Positions 8,379 through 10,856 of a stretch of DNA of 10,856 bases are shown here, piece by piece. The stretch spans positions 1 through 10,856 of the forward strand of contig JAYZAY010000092.1 in the NCBI GenBank assembly GCA_036339465.1. The letters run 5' to 3'. Position 1 is the first letter of the stretch; each line of letters opens with the position of its first letter. The notes under the pieces are model-generated. The model was not told where the DNA came from and made no database searches. It saw nothing but the letters and a program-made list of their open reading frames with translations. Origin of the DNA: Myxococcota bacterium. Lineage in GTDB: Bacteria; Myxococcota; XYA12-FULL-58-9; JABJBS01. The translations under genes and the position numbers were made by a program.

Positions 8379-8476
8379 AACTATCCCACACAAACCTACT
8401 CCCCAATATTCACTCAACCTCCACAAAGTCGCCCGAGGTACTTTATGTCCTTCGCTACCCACACTATACTCCTCTT

Positions 8477-9586
8477 ATGTCGAGGATATTACTGGTAGAT
8501 TCAGACACCCAATGTGTGGAAACGGTCCGTAACTTAAGTGGAATTTATGGTTACACTTTCACTTTTTCAGAAAGTGGATCCCAGGGATTAGAGCTTGCTC
8601 AGAGGGAAAAACCATCTCTCGTCATGGTCGAGATGCATCTTCCTGATATGCAGGGCATCGATTTCATTATAAAACTCCGGGATCTCAATATAGAAATCCC
8701 GGTTATCTTCGTTGCAGAAAAGCTGGATTCAGCACAACTGGCCGAAGCAATGCGCTATAGCCTTAGCGAATTCATCATAAAACCCGTACAAGATTCTGAA
8801 TTCGAAAAGAAAGTTCGGCTGCATGTTGGAGGCTCCAGCGAACCCGTAGCTCCTTTGCCTGGCGCAGAAGAAACTCCCCCAAATGACTTCAAAATGGGGT
8901 TAGTACATGACGGTGAACGGATCCCAGTTGCATTCAGAGACAACCTCCCCCCCGATACGTCGTTATTGGTTTATTCGAGCTTAGAAAACTTTGGTTTGAT
9001 CGAGCAGATCCAAAGAGATGAGCTAGAGATCGTGATCCTCGACTGTGAGCAAATCAACATCGAAACCAATGATATTATCCTGAAATCTAAAGGCCTATTT
9101 CGTAAGGCACTACTTTACGGACTTTTCTCACACAAAGAAAAATATGCGTCCATCAAAGCTCGCTATTACGGCCTCGATGGATTCCTCTACCGCCCATTTC
9201 AGTCTAAGCAAATCGCTCGAGCCATTGAAAATGCATCAACGCATATCCTCGAACACGTGTTCGCAGATGCAGCCTTTATTCAAGTTGAGCAGTATCGAAG
9301 TGAAGAAGAAGAATTGGAGGATTACTATTCAGCAGTAAGAAGCTTAGTAGACAGTGCTCTTCATGATCTTGCCGCAAACTGTTTCGAAGAAGCAGTGCTC
9401 GACCTGAGGGCTATACCGTCAGCACAAGAAAATGTTACGTTTTTTCAGGAACTCACAGAACTGTGCGATAAAATTTGCCTTCAACTCAAAGTGGTCCCTC
9501 CGAGCACTGAAACACCCGGTATACAAATCCTGGAAAGTGCAGACGCTGTTCAATATGTCAATTCCCTAGAATCACTCTGGTCTTAA
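8477..9586 (+). CDS. Atypical response regulator: pseudo-receiver + degenerate second receiver + STAS-like C-terminal domain
   Basis: N-terminal REC fold (ILLVDSD, LVMVEMHLPDMQG, IPVIFV, FIIKP); Pro/Gly-rich linker; second REC-like segment (IVILD...GLDGFLYRPF); C-terminal ~110 aa containing AVLDLRAI. The first REC is secure; the second REC and the STAS call are less so. Confidence 0.75.
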   Translation: MSRILLVDSDTQCVETVRNLSGIYGYTFTFSESGSQGLELAQREKPSLVMVEMHLPDMQGIDFIIKLRDLNIEIPVIFVAEKLDSAQLAEAMRYSLSEFIIKPVQDSEFEKKVRLHVGGSSEPVAPLPGAEETPPNDFKMGLVHDGERIPVAFRDNLPPDTSLLVYSSLENFGLIEQIQRDELEIVILDCEQINIETNDIILKSKGLFRKALLYGLFSHKEKYASIKARYYGLDGFLYRPFQSKQIARAIENASTHILEHVFADAAFIQVEQYRSEEEELEDYYSAVRSLVDSALHDLAANCFEEAVLDLRAIPSAQENVTFFQELTELCDKICLQLKVVPPSTETPGIQILESADAVQYVNSLESLWS

Positions 9587-9600
9587 AACCCTCTCAAGCA

Positions 9601-10233
9601 TTAGAGGATACTTCGTCGACGTAGTGAACACTCAATCTCGATGTGGGGTGCAAACTGATTCTGAATATGCACAGCATCCCATCCACAAGTGCGAGCTTGC
9701 CTGATATTTTCTAGGTGGTCGTCGAAAAATATAATTTTCTGGTAACCCGACATTTTTTGAACCCTGCGATAAATCTTTTGATCGGGCTTAATCAGCCCCA
9801 GTTGGAATGAGGCATAACGATATGATTGGGGTATCAATCTAATAGCCGGAAATTTTTCGAGGATGGGCCAATGCCGACTACATGTGTTCGAGAGTAGCGC
9901 AAGCGGAATCCCATTCTCCCTGAGTGTTCGAACGGTCCCGAAAACACCGGCATATTCGCGATCAATGATCGCATCATGCAAACGTACCAACTCCTCCCTA
10001 GACCACAAGCAACCCTCTACTTTCGATAATGAATCGAGATATTCATCAAAGTGACACCGACCTAGCTGATAAGCCTGATGTATCTCAATCCAGGAATTCA
10101 AATACTGAGGGTTGAATTCCTCTTCAAAAAATCGGACACCCGACTTTACCAATAACTCGGAGAAGTTCTTTCGGATCCGGATTAGAACACCACCAAGATC
10201 AAAGCAAATGAGCACATTACGGCTGATGTTCAT
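9601..10233 (-). CDS. HAD-superfamily hydrolase/phosphatase (YihX-like, DxGGV type)
   Basis: Motif I FDLGGVL, motif II LLSNT, motif III KPD, motif IV FFDD..EN...A...G. Start placed at ATG 10233 (MNISRNVLICFD); the longer ORF to 10401 overlaps the upstream gene extensively. Confidence 0.9.
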   Translation of the reverse strand: MNISRNVLICFDLGGVLIRIRKNFSELLVKSGVRFFEEEFNPQYLNSWIEIHQAYQLGRCHFDEYLDSLSKVEGCLWSREELVRLHDAIIDREYAGVFGTVRTLRENGIPLALLSNTCSRHWPILEKFPAIRLIPQSYRYASFQLGLIKPDQKIYRRVQKMSGYQKIIFFDDHLENIRQARTCGWDAVHIQNQFAPHIEIECSLRRRSIL

Positions 10234-10639
10234 CTTTAGCTGAGTCTTCTTTGGTGGTAAAATTGAAGAAATCCCCAAAATCACCGACCTCATTTCTCTT
10301 TCGATGGAGCTTAAAGAAAATAATCCCAACCAGCAAAAATGCAGAAACCAAACCCCAATTGGGAACGCCAACGGCATCAAGCAGCAATACCGCCACACCA
10401 CCGGAGCAGGTCCCCATTCGAAAAGATTGCCTCAACTCGTCGGTTGCCAATCGAATCCAAACACCACTCAACAACACAAAACCCGTTACCACAGCTCCAT
10501 GTTGCAAGGATGTCAGTTGATCACCGGTGCCATCATCGCCAACGAGGTACACCAAACCCGCCGCTACTCCGCCAAAAAACACACCAAAAATCGCGGAGAC
10601 AATAATGGAGCCTATAGTAAGACGCTCTTGCATAACCAT
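10217..10639 (-). CDS. Hypothetical integral membrane protein (~4 TM helices)
   Basis: Hydrophobic segments IIVSAIFGVFFGGVAAGLVYLV, AVVTGFVLLSGVWI, GGVAVLLLDAVGV and GLVSAFLLVGIIFF, then KLHRKR and a polar/acidic tail. AGGAAGGA lies upstream, and the gene fills the gap between two same-strand genes. Confidence 0.72.
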   Translation of the reverse strand: MVMQERLTIGSIIVSAIFGVFFGGVAAGLVYLVGDDGTGDQLTSLQHGAVVTGFVLLSGVWIRLATDELRQSFRMGTCSGGVAVLLLDAVGVPNWGLVSAFLLVGIIFFKLHRKRNEVGDFGDFFNFTTKEDSAKDEHQP

Positions 10640-10693
10640 CGATACAGCATTCCTTCCTAAAAAGACAAGCGCCCCAAATAAGAAGCAATCAAC

Positions 10694-10855
10694 TCATAGC
10701 AGCCGCGCGTAATAGCTGTCCGAATCCACACTGGAACGGTCCATCTTGTAAGCTGGGTCTAGAAGTTCATCAATAGCAGCGGTCAGGATACCTCCCGCCC
10801 GCGCCAGGATATCCTCATGGGCCTGGGCATCATTGGTAAACGGTCTAAACGCTTT
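10694..10855 (-). CDS. 3' end of a gene entering from the right edge, product unknown
   Basis: Open minus-strand frame from the window edge: KAFRPFTNDAQAHEDILARAGGILTAAIDELLDPAYKMDRSSVDSDSYYARLL*, stop TGA at 10696-10694. Not in the ORF track. Confidence 0.65.
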   Translation of the reverse strand, partial: KAFRPFTNDAQAHEDILARAGGILTAAIDELLDPAYKMDRSSVDSDSYYARLL

Positions 10856-10856
10856 T

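Noticed and set aside
193..10712. Many short ORFs nested in or antisense to the main genes (e.g. 2243-2599, 2773-3207, 7457-7885, 10304-10660)
   Set aside because: Shadow ORFs of well-supported genes, with no motifs of their own.
1..10856. CRISPR array, transposase/integrase, reverse transcriptase/retron or anti-phage defence genes
   Set aside because: No regularly spaced repeats and no catalytic motifs for these families in any ORF; the structured intergenic element has no reverse transcriptase next to it.

Overview
Densely packed bacterial chromosomal window of mostly housekeeping and signalling genes. I see no mobile element, CRISPR array, rRNA or tRNA. Gene order: 5'-truncated rfbB (+); a stand-alone CheB-type receiver (-); a ~560 bp intergenic region rich in inverted repeats; a NarL/FixJ-family regulator (+); a divergent TrmB-like methyltransferase (+); rsmH detached from the dcw cluster (+); glpD (+); an OsmC-family protein (-); aceK without aceA/aceB (+); an atypical pseudo-REC/REC/STAS-like protein (+); a HAD hydrolase (-); a small membrane protein (-); and the C-terminus of a gene entering from the right edge (-). 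The best leads are the degenerate REC-REC-STAS-like protein behind an orphan aceK, a candidate structured RNA at ~1647-1800, the TrmB paralogue with two Asp->Asn changes next to orphan rsmH, and the methylesterase-less CheB receiver. I cannot show from sequence alone that any of these is a new system. All family calls come from motif recognition by eye, with no database searches.
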